From NCBI GenBank assembly GCA_964568585.1, contig CAZMQI010000004.1, positions 11,312-75,311 on the forward strand: a stretch of DNA of 64,000 nt. Direction: 5' to 3'. The first letter of the stretch is position 1; each line of letters begins with the position of its first letter. This document shows positions 27,598-38,202 of the stretch, piece after piece. Both the position numbers and the translations under genes were made by a program. Below the pieces are notes generated by a model. The model did no database searches. It saw only the letters and a program-made list of their open reading frames with translations, and was not told the DNA's origin. Source of the stretch: an uncultured Rhodospirillales bacterium. Lineage in GTDB: Bacteria > Pseudomonadota > Alphaproteobacteria > UBA9219 > RGZA01.

Positions 27598-27861
27598 ATC
27601 CTACATATTTTTGAATTTGATAATTGAGCGCTGAAAAGCCGCTTAAACGCTGTGAATTTCATCACTATAAAGAACAAATAAAGAACATAAAATCCTTTAG
27701 AATCAGTTGTTTATTTGGTTAAAACAGCAAAATAGCTGTTGATAACCCATAAAATTCCATGCTATACCATAAAGACCCAGAAACGATCCAACTTATCCAC
27801 AGAGTTATTCGTTTTTACTGCATAATAATTAAGCAAAGTTTAAACGACGGCGTCCTTAGAT

Positions 27862-28344
27862 ATGTCCCTATTCCTCTCCACCACCACGAATAAAGTCGAT
27901 AAGAAAGGCCGCGTTTCCGTGCCTTCGACATTTCGGGCGGCTTTGGGTGATGATGTTCATCACGGAATTGTGATTTTTCGTTCCTTGCAGGTTGATGCGC
28001 TGGATGCATGTTCGTTGAAGCATCTGGATATTCTTTCCCAATCGCTGGAACGCCTTTCGCTTACCCCTGAAATGTACGAGCTGATTGAAACGACGATTTT
28101 CGGCGGCTCCGTTCAATGCGCGATTGATGCCGATGGCCGCATCATCATCCCCGAACATTTCATGGAAGCCGTTGGCATTGATGATGAAGCAGCATTCGTT
28201 GGCCGCCGCCGCACCTTCCAAATCTGGAACCCGAAGAAATTCAAAGCATTCGAAAACAAGGCACGCGATGCCGTTCGTTCGCACAATATTTCACTTTCCA
28301 AAATCATCGCCGATGCTTCCGCACTGAACGGAGGCGATCAATGA
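27862..28344 (+). CDS. mraZ: transcriptional regulator MraZ
   Basis: 160 aa. Duplicated MraZ/SpoVT-AbrB halves (VDKKGRVSVP ... IDADGRIIIP). First gene of the dcw cluster. Confidence 0.9.
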   Translation: MSLFLSTTTNKVDKKGRVSVPSTFRAALGDDVHHGIVIFRSLQVDALDACSLKHLDILSQSLERLSLTPEMYELIETTIFGGSVQCAIDADGRIIIPEHFMEAVGIDDEAAFVGRRRTFQIWNPKKFKAFENKARDAVRSHNISLSKIIADASALNGGDQ

Positions 28345-29366
28345 GCTTTAGCCATATCCCCGTGATGCTGAAGGAAGTTTTGCAATGGTTGAAGCCAAAA
28401 GCCGAAGGCGTTTATGTGGATGGAACCTTTGGCCGTGGTGGATATAGCAAAGCCATTCTGGAAACGCCAAACACCAGTGTTTACGGCATTGATAGAGATG
28501 CACAGGCGATTGAAGCAGGCCGTGCATTGGAAAAAGATTATGATGGCCGTTTGCAAGTGCTGCATGGCCGTTTTGGTGAAATGGATACATTGCTTGCCGA
28601 TAAGGGTGTTGGCGCGGTGGATGGTGTGGTTCTGGACATCGGCGTTTCATCCCCGCAATTTGATGATGCGGAACGCGGGTTCTCTTTCCGTCATGATGGC
28701 CCGCTCGACATGCGTATGGGTCAAGACGGCCAAAGTGCTGCGGATGCCGTGAACACCCTTCCTGAAAAAGATTTAGCCGACATCGTGTTCAACTTTGGCG
28801 AAGAACGTTTTGCCCGCCGTGTTGCTAAAGCCATTATCGAAGCACGGATGGAAAAGCCCATCACCCGTACCGGCCAATTGGCCACCATCATCCGTGGTGT
28901 GGTGCCATTCGCCAAGGATGGATTGGACCCCGCGACACGCAGCTTCCAGGCCTTACGCATTTACGTGAACCAGGAATTAGACGAATTGAGCAATGGATTA
29001 AATGCTGCTGAAAAGCTTTTGAAGCAAGGCGGATTATTGGTGGTTGTCTCCTTCCACTCCATCGAAGACCGCATCGTGAAGAACTTCATGCGCGAACGCA
29101 GCGCAGGAAAATTTAACGTATCGCGTCATATGCCGATGCCGGTGAACGAGTCGAAACCAGGTCTTCGCATCCTCACGCCAAAACCCATCAGCCCAAGTGA
29201 TGAAGAAGTTTCATCCAATTCCCGCGCGGCTTCGGCACGCCTTCGTGTGGCAGAAAAAATTACCGAAATCCCCAATAGCAATGTGAATACGGAATCACAA
29301 AAACAAAGGACTCCGGCCGGAATCATTTGTGAAGACTCTGAACGCTCTGACACAAAAGGAGAATGA
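28341..29366 (+). CDS. rsmH: 16S rRNA (cytosine1402-N4)-methyltransferase
   Basis: HIPVMLKEVL N-terminus, the SAM-binding motif GVYVDGTFGRGGYS, and DIGVSSPQ. 4-bp overlap with mraZ. Confidence 0.9.
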   Translation: MSFSHIPVMLKEVLQWLKPKAEGVYVDGTFGRGGYSKAILETPNTSVYGIDRDAQAIEAGRALEKDYDGRLQVLHGRFGEMDTLLADKGVGAVDGVVLDIGVSSPQFDDAERGFSFRHDGPLDMRMGQDGQSAADAVNTLPEKDLADIVFNFGEERFARRVAKAIIEARMEKPITRTGQLATIIRGVVPFAKDGLDPATRSFQALRIYVNQELDELSNGLNAAEKLLKQGGLLVVVSFHSIEDRIVKNFMRERSAGKFNVSRHMPMPVNESKPGLRILTPKPISPSDEEVSSNSRAASARLRVAEKITEIPNSNVNTESQKQRTPAGIICEDSERSDTKGE

Positions 29367-29947
29367 TTATGATGGTATTACGCGACGCAATCACCAGAAA
29401 CGCCAAACGCAGCAACTCGTTACAAGTTCTGCTTTTGTGGATTTGCATCATGATCCCTGTCAGTGCATTGCTGTACGGCACCAGTTCGAACGTTCGTGAA
29501 AAAGAAAATCAACTAAGCATCATCAACGCACAAATCGCCGCTGAAAAAGACAGCCTTCGCGTGCTTCGCGCGGAATGGGCGTATTTGAACCAACCACAAA
29601 AGCTTGCATCCCGCGCACAGCGTTATCTGGTCGCCAAGAAAGCTGCCATTCCAGCACAAGTACTTAGCGAACGCCAAATTCCAACCAAGGTCGCTTACCG
29701 CGCTGCGCCATCTGTTGTGGCAAGCAACGTATTGCAAATCCAGCCATCAAGCACCCAGCAGGTTGCGACCCGCTTGCTCGCCAAGCCAATTGTATATGAT
29801 GACCACGCGCTTGCTGCACTTCATACCCAAGAGGATGCGAAACTTCCTTCTGCGGTGACATGGTCACAAAAAGTTGTGAGCGCATTCGGGCTCTCCAATA
29901 ATTTCGTGGCGGGCGAAGCTCAGAATAAAAACCGCTTGGCGCCATGA
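29363..29947 (+). CDS. ftsL: cell division protein FtsL (alphaproteobacterial type, extended C-terminus)
   Basis: A single TM (VLLLWICIMIPVSALLY) followed by a coiled coil (ENQLSIINAQIAAEKDSLRVLRAEWAYLNQPQKL). Sits between rsmH and ftsI. Confidence 0.75.
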   Translation: MIMMVLRDAITRNAKRSNSLQVLLLWICIMIPVSALLYGTSSNVREKENQLSIINAQIAAEKDSLRVLRAEWAYLNQPQKLASRAQRYLVAKKAAIPAQVLSERQIPTKVAYRAAPSVVASNVLQIQPSSTQQVATRLLAKPIVYDDHALAALHTQEDAKLPSAVTWSQKVVSAFGLSNNFVAGEAQNKNRLAP

Positions 29948-31719
29948 GTCTACTCGGGAGTTTCTTGGGCTTTCTTAATTCAAAGCCAACCCCACCCTCT
30001 CGCCCTGCACCCGCATACCCTGCATATCCCACATTAAACGCTGGTTGGAATACGCAGCATGGCCGCAGCTTTGCTGCCGCACTCCCCGCTTTGGAAAAAG
30101 CCCGTGGCCGCCTCGTTATCATCGGCATCTTCTTTATCCTACTCTATTTGTATGTCGTGGCTGGCCTGTTCGACACGATGATTTTTAATACCGATACGGA
30201 ATTGAAAAACGCCACGCCTGCGCCGGAACCTGCCATCGTAAGCCGCGGGGATATTGTGGATCGCAATGGCGAATTGCTGGCCACCTCGCTTCAAATGGCA
30301 TCGCTTGCCGCAGACCCTGCCTTAATCATTGATGCGAATGATATGATTAAAAAACTAAAGTCCGTGTTTCCGGATTTGAATGGGCCAGATATTTTAAAAG
30401 AGATGAACAGCAAAAAACGCTTCATCTGGATAAAGCGCAATCTATCGCCCAAACAACAGGATGCGGTGAATGCACTTGGTATTCCTGGCCTTTCATTTGA
30501 GCCGGAAGAAAAGCGGTTATATCCAAAGGGTTCCCTTACCGCACATATCACCGGATATAGCAGCGTTGATCACACAGGTATCGCAGGCTTAGAAAAAACA
30601 TTCGATGCGTTTTTAAGGAAAAAGAACCAGTCACTTACCCTTGCGCTCGATATTCGCTTACAAAACATTATGCGTGACGCGCTAGCCGAAGGGATTAAGA
30701 CCTTTAGCGCGCTGGGCGGTGCCGGCGTGATTATGGATATCCATAATGGGGAAATCCTCTCCATGGTATCCCTGCCCGATTTCGACCCCAATGACATTAA
30801 TAAAGCCAATGATAATGCGCGGTTTAACCGTGCATCGCTTGGTATTTATGAAATGGGCTCGACATTTAAGACGTTTACGCTGGCGCAGGCACTGGACCGC
30901 GGCGCCATTAGTATCTCCAGCAGTTTTGATTGCACCCACCCCATCTCCATCGGCCGATTCAAGATCAACGATTATCACCCGATGCATCGCTGGCTTAACG
31001 TGCCGGAAATTTTCCTCCATTCATCCAACATCGGCGCCGTGCAAATTGTCGAGAAAATTGGCATCACCGCGCAGCGCGAATTTTTGGGCAAGCTTGGTCT
31101 TTTGAAACAAACTTCAATCGAAATACCTGAAGTCGGTAAGCCGATGATTCCAGCCGATTGGCAGGAAATCAGCATGATGACCGTGTCATACGGCCATGGT
31201 ATTTCGGTAAATGCTGTGCAACTGGCAAGTGCCGCCGCCAGCGTGCTGAATGGCGGGACATTGGTCACCCCCACCCTGATCAAGCGCGACCCGTCCATTC
31301 CATTGCCGCAAACACGCGTGATTTCAGAACATGCATCGAATGTGATGCGCCAGCTTTTCCGTGTGGTGGTCACGGCTGGTACAGGTAAATCGGCGAATGT
31401 CCCAGGGTATGTGGTGGGCGGCAAGACCGGTACCGCCGATAAGCAATCCGGCAAAGGATATAAGAAGGATGCGCGGCTTTCGTCCTTCCTTGCCGCTTTC
31501 CCGATGAACGACCCCAAATACGTTGTGTTCATCATGATTGATGAACCCAAGGGAACCAAGGAAAGCTATGGCTTTGCGACAGGGGGCTGGGTCGCTGCCC
31601 CCACGGTTGGACGTGTTATTTCGCAAATTGCACCCTTGCTAGGGATTAGCCCAGTGGATGATAATGATACTAGCATCACTGAGAAGTTGCGCCTGCCGAT
31701 ACCGGTTAAGGGCGAATAG
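29944..31719 (+). CDS. ftsI: peptidoglycan D,D-transpeptidase FtsI (PBP3)
   Basis: N-terminal TM, dimerisation domain, and transpeptidase motifs (STFKTFT, SSN, KTGTA). Confidence 0.9.
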   Translation: MSLLGSFLGFLNSKPTPPSRPAPAYPAYPTLNAGWNTQHGRSFAAALPALEKARGRLVIIGIFFILLYLYVVAGLFDTMIFNTDTELKNATPAPEPAIVSRGDIVDRNGELLATSLQMASLAADPALIIDANDMIKKLKSVFPDLNGPDILKEMNSKKRFIWIKRNLSPKQQDAVNALGIPGLSFEPEEKRLYPKGSLTAHITGYSSVDHTGIAGLEKTFDAFLRKKNQSLTLALDIRLQNIMRDALAEGIKTFSALGGAGVIMDIHNGEILSMVSLPDFDPNDINKANDNARFNRASLGIYEMGSTFKTFTLAQALDRGAISISSSFDCTHPISIGRFKINDYHPMHRWLNVPEIFLHSSNIGAVQIVEKIGITAQREFLGKLGLLKQTSIEIPEVGKPMIPADWQEISMMTVSYGHGISVNAVQLASAAASVLNGGTLVTPTLIKRDPSIPLPQTRVISEHASNVMRQLFRVVVTAGTGKSANVPGYVVGGKTGTADKQSGKGYKKDARLSSFLAAFPMNDPKYVVFIMIDEPKGTKESYGFATGGWVAAPTVGRVISQIAPLLGISPVDDNDTSITEKLRLPIPVKGE

Positions 31720-31749
31720 ATTTAAAAAGCACGTTATAAAGTTTGGCAT

Positions 31750-33192
31750 ATGAAGATTTCGGAAATTGCAACAGGCTGCGCGGTCAGCGGCGAAGATAAA
31801 GACATCACTGGCTTGGCTCAGAATTCGAAAGCTGTTGCGTCCGGTTTTTTATTCGCAGCATTGCAAGGCGAGAACGTCGATGGCCGCGATTTTATTGACG
31901 CCGCGATTGCCGCAGGTGCGAATGCGGTGCTGGCACAAACCGGAACCAATATTCCAAATTCAGTTACCGCGATTACGCATGATGAACCCCGCCTCGCCTT
32001 AGCGAAAATCGCTGCGAAGTTTTATAAGGTGCAGCCCAAGACGATTGCAGCAGTGACAGGTACCAGCGGCAAGACATCCACCGTACAATTCGTGCGCCAG
32101 CTTTGGCAGATGCTGGGACACAAAAGCGCCAGCGTTGGAACACTGGGCATCATTGGTGACGGAATTGAACGTTACGGTTCGCTGACCACGCCTGATAGCA
32201 TTACATTGCATCAGGATTTGGCGATGCTGGCGCTGGATAAACGCATCACGCATCTGGCAATGGAAGCATCCAGCCACGGATTAGAACAATACCGTTTAGA
32301 TGGCGTGAATGTTACGTTGGCAGCGTTCACCAACCTGTCGCGTGACCATCTGGATTATCACAAGACAATGGAAAGCTATCTAAAAGCGAAGCTTCGCTTG
32401 TTCAACGAGTTACTGCCAGCGAACGGTACAGCAGTTGTCAATGCCGATATGGCGGAGTTTGCGGAAATTTCTGCCGCAGTGCGCGCGCGCAATATCAAAA
32501 TGTTATCGTATGGCACCAACGGCAACGAAGTGCGTTTGGAAAAACGAACCTTCAACGCACATGGTCAGGATTTAGAATTAAAGGTATTGGGGAAAAAAGT
32601 TTCAACGCATATCAATCTGGTCGGTGCGTTTCAGGCTGCGAATGTTTTATGTGCCTTGTCACTGGTCATCGCCAGCGGCGCGGACGCGAAGAAAGCCATT
32701 GAATGTTTGCCAAAATTACAACCGGTTCGTGGCCGCATGGAATGGGTTGGCGAATATAAGGGTGGCGCGGTGTATGTTGATTACGCGCACAAGCCCGACG
32801 CATTGGAACAGGTATTACAGGCCTTGCGCCCGCACACACAAAACCGCCTGATTTGTGTATTTGGATGCGGCGGCAATCGTGATGCGGGCAAACGCCCCAT
32901 TATGGGAAGTATCGCCAAGACATTCGCCGATGTTGTGATTGTAACGGATGACAACCCACGCAATGAAGATGCGGCAAGCATCCGCAAAGCGGTAATGGAA
33001 GGCGCAAGTGGAGCAACCGAAATTGGCAACCGCAGCGATGCGATTGCAGCGGCACTAAATATGATGTGTGCTGGGGATGTAGTGGTGATTGCAGGTAAAG
33101 GCCATGAACAAGGCCAGATTATCGGCACGCAGACATTGCCGTTTGACGATGTGGCGGTTGCCAAAAAAGTAATGAATGGAAGAGCAGCATGA
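31750..33192 (+). CDS. murE: UDP-N-acetylmuramoyl-L-alanyl-D-glutamate--2,6-diaminopimelate ligase
   Basis: Mur ligase P-loop VTGTSGKTST and the DNPR motif (VTDDNPRNED) that marks DAP-adding MurE. Confidence 0.9.
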   Translation: MKISEIATGCAVSGEDKDITGLAQNSKAVASGFLFAALQGENVDGRDFIDAAIAAGANAVLAQTGTNIPNSVTAITHDEPRLALAKIAAKFYKVQPKTIAAVTGTSGKTSTVQFVRQLWQMLGHKSASVGTLGIIGDGIERYGSLTTPDSITLHQDLAMLALDKRITHLAMEASSHGLEQYRLDGVNVTLAAFTNLSRDHLDYHKTMESYLKAKLRLFNELLPANGTAVVNADMAEFAEISAAVRARNIKMLSYGTNGNEVRLEKRTFNAHGQDLELKVLGKKVSTHINLVGAFQAANVLCALSLVIASGADAKKAIECLPKLQPVRGRMEWVGEYKGGAVYVDYAHKPDALEQVLQALRPHTQNRLICVFGCGGNRDAGKRPIMGSIAKTFADVVIVTDDNPRNEDAASIRKAVMEGASGATEIGNRSDAIAAALNMMCAGDVVVIAGKGHEQGQIIGTQTLPFDDVAVAKKVMNGRAA

Positions 33193-34595
33193 GTAGTAGT
33201 TTGTGGATTAGTAGCGATATTGCCAAAGCGACCAAGGGAACCTGTTCTGGCCTATGGCGCGCCAATGGCGTTTCAATCGACAGCCGCAGCGTTGCACAAG
33301 GCGATTTATTCATCGCATTAAAGGGCCCAAATTTTGATGGCCATGATTTCGTTGCTGGCGCGATTGCTGCGGGCGCAAGTGGCGCGATTGTAAGCGCCAT
33401 TCCAACAGGAGTATCCGCCGATAAATGCGTAGTAGTCGCGGATGTGTTCAAAGCATTACATGATTTAGGCCAAGCTGGCCGCAACCGCAGCCGTGCAAAA
33501 ATTATCGCTGTCACAGGTTCGGTTGGAAAAACCGGATGCAAAGAAGCCTTGCGCCAAGTATTGACCGCGCAAGCCCCGGCTTACGCGAACGAAGGAAGCT
33601 TCAATAATCATTGGGGCGTTCCATTAAGCCTTGCACGCTTGCCGCAAGATGCCGAATACGGCGTATTTGAATTGGGCATGAACCATGTAGGCGAACTTGG
33701 TCCCTTATCGCAGCAAGTACGCCCCGACATTGCGCTAATTACCAATATTGCACCGGTACATATCGGCAATTTCAATTCATTAGATGAAATCGCAACTGCA
33801 AAAGCGGAGATATTCGAAGGATTTTCAAGTAACGGTCACGTTGTGTTGAACGCTGATAATAGTTACGTGGAATTTTTAAAACAGCGCGCTATCCATTTTG
33901 GAATTAATGCCATCGCCACCTTTGGCGAAAAAGGCACCGAAGCGCGATTGGAAAATTGTGTATTAAAAAGCGACACCAGCGATGTGACCGCCATTCTGTT
34001 CGGCAAAAAAATTAATTACACCGTTGGTGCGCCGGGCATGCATTGGGTTACCAATTCATTGGCTGTATTATTATGTGCAGGATTGGCAGGCGCGGATGTG
34101 GCAAAGGCCGCGCAAAGTCTAAGCACACTGGCCTTGGCGCAAGGACGCGGCACCCCGCAGCAGATATCTATCTCCAATGGCAGCATCACGTTAATCGATG
34201 AAAGCTATAATGCCAGCCCTGTTGCCGTTGATATGGCCATTCAGGTCTTGGGTAATAAAGAGCCCAAGGGCAGACGCATTTTGGTGTTGGGTGATATGCG
34301 CGAGCTTGGCGAACATTCGCAAACATCCCATGTTGCATTGGCCAAACCCATTAAGGATGCTGGGATTTCTAGCGTTTTTTGTTGCGGCGAGCATATGAAG
34401 CATTTGTTCGACGCATTGCCGGATGCGATTCGTGGCGGCTACGCCTTCACTAGCGCGGAGCTTGCACCAATCGTTGCAAGTGCGGTGCATGATGGCGATA
34501 TGATTACGGTCAAGGGTTCGAAGAGCGTGGGCATGCAAAAGGTCGTGGATGCGCTATTGAACCTTGATATCTCTAAAACCAAAAAAGCTGGATAA
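33189..34595 (+). CDS. murF: UDP-N-acetylmuramoyl-tripeptide--D-alanyl-D-alanine ligase
   Basis: Mur ligase motifs (VTGSVGKTG). Sits after murE. 4-bp overlap with murE. Confidence 0.9.
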   Translation: MSSSLWISSDIAKATKGTCSGLWRANGVSIDSRSVAQGDLFIALKGPNFDGHDFVAGAIAAGASGAIVSAIPTGVSADKCVVVADVFKALHDLGQAGRNRSRAKIIAVTGSVGKTGCKEALRQVLTAQAPAYANEGSFNNHWGVPLSLARLPQDAEYGVFELGMNHVGELGPLSQQVRPDIALITNIAPVHIGNFNSLDEIATAKAEIFEGFSSNGHVVLNADNSYVEFLKQRAIHFGINAIATFGEKGTEARLENCVLKSDTSDVTAILFGKKINYTVGAPGMHWVTNSLAVLLCAGLAGADVAKAAQSLSTLALAQGRGTPQQISISNGSITLIDESYNASPVAVDMAIQVLGNKEPKGRRILVLGDMRELGEHSQTSHVALAKPIKDAGISSVFCCGEHMKHLFDALPDAIRGGYAFTSAELAPIVASAVHDGDMITVKGSKSVGMQKVVDALLNLDISKTKKAG

Positions 34596-34598
34596 TCA

Positions 34599-35687
34599 AT
34601 GCTACATCTGTTGCTTAGCCCCTACGCTAAAGAATTTATTTTTTTCAATTTGTTCCGTTACATCACGTTCCGCACGGGCGCGGCGATTTTAACAACGCTG
34701 CTCCTCGCCTTCTGGCTTGGCCCGAAACTCATCCGCTGGCTGAAAAGCAAACAAGGCGAAGGCCAGCCTATTCGTGAAGATGGCCCAGAAACCCATTTCG
34801 TTAAAAAAGGCACGCCGACCATGGGCGGCGTCATCATTCTGGTGCCGTTCTTCATCGCGGCTTTGTTATGGGCGGATTTAAGCAATGCTTATGTTTGGAT
34901 CGTGTTGTTCGTCACGCTTGGCTTTGGACTTGTCGGATTTGCCGATGATTATTTGAAATTAACAAAGCGCAACACAAAAGGCGTTTCGGGGCGCATGCGC
35001 CTTTCCATTCAAGCGGCGGTTTCGGGTATCGCAGCCTATTTCGTCAGCATGCAGGCAACGCCGGAACTCGCCAACACGCTTGCATTACCGTTCTTCAAAG
35101 AAGCGCTTATCCCGCTGGGCATTGCACTATTCATCGTCTTCTCCGTGCTGGTGATGGTTGGGGCTGCTAATGCCGTCAATTTGACCGATGGATTGGATGG
35201 ATTAGTAACCGTTCCGCTCATTCTATCGGCAGGAAGTTTTGGGCTTATCGCGTATCTGGTGGGCAATGTCGATTTTGCAAAATATCTGCAACTGCATCAC
35301 GTACCGGGAGCTGGCGAGATGCTGGTGCTATGCGGGGCATTGATTGGGGCATGTCTGGGCTTTTTATGGTTCAACGCACCGCCTGCACAGGTGTTCATGG
35401 GTGATACGGGTTCGCTTGCCCTTGGCGGTGCGATTGGCAGCATTGCGGTGATTACCAAGCATGAAATCGTACTTGCGATTGTCGGCGGGTTATTTGTCAT
35501 TGAAACCCTATCGGTCATGTTACAAGTGGCGAGTTTTAAATTGACTGGTAAGCGCATATTCAAGATGGCGCCCCTGCATCATCATTTTGAAAAATGCGGA
35601 TGGTCGGAACCGACTGTAGTTATCCGGTTCTGGATTATCGCGTTCATTTTTGCATTGATTGGTCTTGCCACACTAAAATTACGGTAA
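34599..35687 (+). CDS. mraY: phospho-N-acetylmuramoyl-pentapeptide-transferase
   Basis: 10-TM protein with MraY motifs ([23 protein letters not shown]). Confidence 0.9.
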   Translation: MLHLLLSPYAKEFIFFNLFRYITFRTGAAILTTLLLAFWLGPKLIRWLKSKQGEGQPIREDGPETHFVKKGTPTMGGVIILVPFFIAALLWADLSNAYVWIVLFVTLGFGLVGFADDYLKLTKRNTKGVSGRMRLSIQAAVSGIAAYFVSMQATPELANTLALPFFKEALIPLGIALFIVFSVLVMVGAANAVNLTDGLDGLVTVPLILSAGSFGLIAYLVGNVDFAKYLQLHHVPGAGEMLVLCGALIGACLGFLWFNAPPAQVFMGDTGSLALGGAIGSIAVITKHEIVLAIVGGLFVIETLSVMLQVASFKLTGKRIFKMAPLHHHFEKCGWSEPTVVIRFWIIAFIFALIGLATLKLR

Positions 35688-35690
35688 ACC

Positions 35691-37076
35691 ATGGTCGCGA
35701 TTACAGGATTAGCCGGAAAAACGATTGCAGTGTTTGGTCTTGGTAAGTCGGGCATGGCGACGCTTGATGCGTTGAAATTCTCCGGTGCGACGATATTGGT
35801 GGGCGATGATAATGCGGGTAGCCGTGAGAAGGCCGAAGCTGCGGGCTTTCCTACCACCGATTTGACAAAAGCGGATTGGACGAAGGTGGATAGCCTGATT
35901 TTATCACCGGGCATTCCCCATACGCACCCTGCCCCGCATCCGGTTGCGGCACTTGCCAGACAGCATGGCGTAGAAATTGTTGGCGATGTGGAATATCTGT
36001 TCCGCATGCTGCCGGAGCCAGTCTATATCGGCATCACCGGAACGAATGGCAAATCAACCACCACCGCACTGATTGCACATATTTTGACCAATGCAAAACG
36101 TAAGAATGAGGTCGGCGGCAACCTCGGTATTCCGGTTCTGTCATTCAAGCCATTTGGTAAGGACGGCGTATACATCATTGAAATGTCCTCGTTTCAATGC
36201 GAGCTGACACCATCTGCTGCATTCGATGTGGTGGTATGGCTCAACATCACGCCGGACCATATTGACCGCCATGGGGATATCAAAGGGTATGTCGCCGCCA
36301 AGAAGATGTTATTGCGGAATGCTTCCAAGAAACAGGTATTGGTCATCGGTGTGGATGATGAATTCAGCGCCGCGGTCGCCGATGAAGCCGAACAGGCCGG
36401 ACCCGAAAATACTAATCCGTGGCGCGTCATACGAATAAGCAGCAAAACCATGCTTTCGAACGGCGTTAGCGGCATAAATGCCAAGCTATATGCCAATGGC
36501 AATGAGCTGTTCGATATTAGTAAAGCGCCAACATTGCCCGGCGCCCATAATTGGCAGAACGCAGCGGCGGCATTGGCAGCAACCAATGCGCTGGCCATTG
36601 ATATTGGCACAATTAACAAGGCCATTCATAGCTATCCGGGCCTTCCCCACCGCCAGCAACTCATCCGTACCATCGACGATATCCGCTTTATCAATGACAG
36701 CAAGGCGACCAATGCGGACGCGACCAGTAAGGCATTGTCTTGCTATGATGCGATTTACTGGATTGTGGGCGGCAAGGCGAAGGATGGCGGGCTTAACGGG
36801 CTTGAGGAATATATGCCGCGTATCAAACACTGCTTCCTTATCGGGGCTTCAGCAGATGAATTCGCAAGCTGGCTGGCGGGGAAAGCTCCAGCCACCATCA
36901 GCACGACTCTGGACGTTGCCGTACGTGATGCCGCAAAAATGGCCCGCGACGCGGCCAAGAATACTGGGAGTAAGAATGCTGTTGTGCTTCTATCCCCTGC
37001 TTGTGCATCCTATGATCAGTTCAATAATTACGAACATCGCGGCGAAGAATTCGCACGCTTCGTAAACGCCCTATAA
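35691..37076 (+). CDS. murD: UDP-N-acetylmuramoylalanine--D-glutamate ligase
   Basis: N-terminal Rossmann fold (IAVFGLGKSGMA) and P-loop GITGTNGKSTTT. Confidence 0.9.
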   Translation: MVAITGLAGKTIAVFGLGKSGMATLDALKFSGATILVGDDNAGSREKAEAAGFPTTDLTKADWTKVDSLILSPGIPHTHPAPHPVAALARQHGVEIVGDVEYLFRMLPEPVYIGITGTNGKSTTTALIAHILTNAKRKNEVGGNLGIPVLSFKPFGKDGVYIIEMSSFQCELTPSAAFDVVVWLNITPDHIDRHGDIKGYVAAKKMLLRNASKKQVLVIGVDDEFSAAVADEAEQAGPENTNPWRVIRISSKTMLSNGVSGINAKLYANGNELFDISKAPTLPGAHNWQNAAAALAATNALAIDIGTINKAIHSYPGLPHRQQLIRTIDDIRFINDSKATNADATSKALSCYDAIYWIVGGKAKDGGLNGLEEYMPRIKHCFLIGASADEFASWLAGKAPATISTTLDVAVRDAAKMARDAAKNTGSKNAVVLLSPACASYDQFNNYEHRGEEFARFVNAL

Positions 37077-37086
37077 GAAAGCCGCC

Positions 37087-38202
37087 ATGCCCATCACACG
37101 TTCAGACCAATCGATTTTAGGCCGCTGGTGGTGGACGGTGGATCATTGGACGCTGGGCGCAATTGCGATTTTATTGATTGTGGGCGTCTTACTCATTCAG
37201 GCTGCATCGCCGCCCGTTGCCATGCGTATTGGCCAAGACAGTTATTATTTTGTGGAGCGGCATTTATTCCAACTGCTGCTTGGCGTTATCATGATGGTAG
37301 GATTGTCGCTGTTATCACCATCGCAAATCAGAGCGTTGGCACTGGTGACGTTTATCATTTCACTGGCGCTCGTCATTGCAACGCATTTTTGGGGCGTGGA
37401 GATTAAAGGCGCAAAACGCTGGATCCATCTGCCCGGACTTTCCATCCAGCCATCGGAATTTTTAAAGCCGTGCTTTATCATTCTATCGGCACGGGTGTTC
37501 TCAAAGCGCCTTGAAACACAGAACTACCCCGGCTTCTGGATGGGTATTGCCCTATATATATGTGTCGCTGGCGCGTTATTGATGCAGCCCGACATGGGCA
37601 TGACATTCCTTGTTTCAATCGTATGGGCAACACAGTTCTTTTTAGCGGGCATGCCATTCTTCATCATGCTTGGCTTCGTCGGGCTTGGCGCAACGGGCAT
37701 CCTTGCTGCATATTTCTTTTTCCCCCATGTGACATCGCGCGTAGACCGTTTCTTGAACCCCGATGCTGGCGATAATTACCAAATACAGAGATCGCTTGAA
37801 GCGTTTCATAATGGCGGATGGCTGGGCGTTGGCCCGGGCGAAGGCCAAGTGAAGATGACTATTCCCGATGCCCATGCCGATTTTATCTTTTCAGTGGCGG
37901 GGGAAGAATTCGGGCTCATTAGCTGCGTTATCATCGTTGCCTTATTCGCATTCATTATCCTGCGCGGGTTCTGGCGCTTACGCAGTGAAAATAATTTCTT
38001 TATATTCCTTGCGGTTGCAGGATTGCTGACCGAGTTTGGATTGCAGGCTATCATCAATATGGGTTCATCGCTGCATTTGTTACCCACAAAAGGAATGACC
38101 TTGCCGTTTATTTCCTATGGCGGTTCATCGCTGCTTGCACTATCTCTTTCTGCGGGTATGCTTTTATCACTGACGCGCAAACATTACGGCCAAAACACAT
38201 AA
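37087..38202 (+). CDS. ftsW: cell division protein FtsW (SEDS family peptidoglycan glycosyltransferase)
   Basis: 371-aa multi-TM protein with SEDS motifs (PDAHADFIFSVAGEEFG, LPTKGMTLPFISYGGSS). Confidence 0.85.
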   Translation: MPITRSDQSILGRWWWTVDHWTLGAIAILLIVGVLLIQAASPPVAMRIGQDSYYFVERHLFQLLLGVIMMVGLSLLSPSQIRALALVTFIISLALVIATHFWGVEIKGAKRWIHLPGLSIQPSEFLKPCFIILSARVFSKRLETQNYPGFWMGIALYICVAGALLMQPDMGMTFLVSIVWATQFFLAGMPFFIMLGFVGLGATGILAAYFFFPHVTSRVDRFLNPDAGDNYQIQRSLEAFHNGGWLGVGPGEGQVKMTIPDAHADFIFSVAGEEFGLISCVIIVALFAFIILRGFWRLRSENNFFIFLAVAGLLTEFGLQAIINMGSSLHLLPTKGMTLPFISYGGSSLLALSLSAGMLLSLTRKHYGQNT

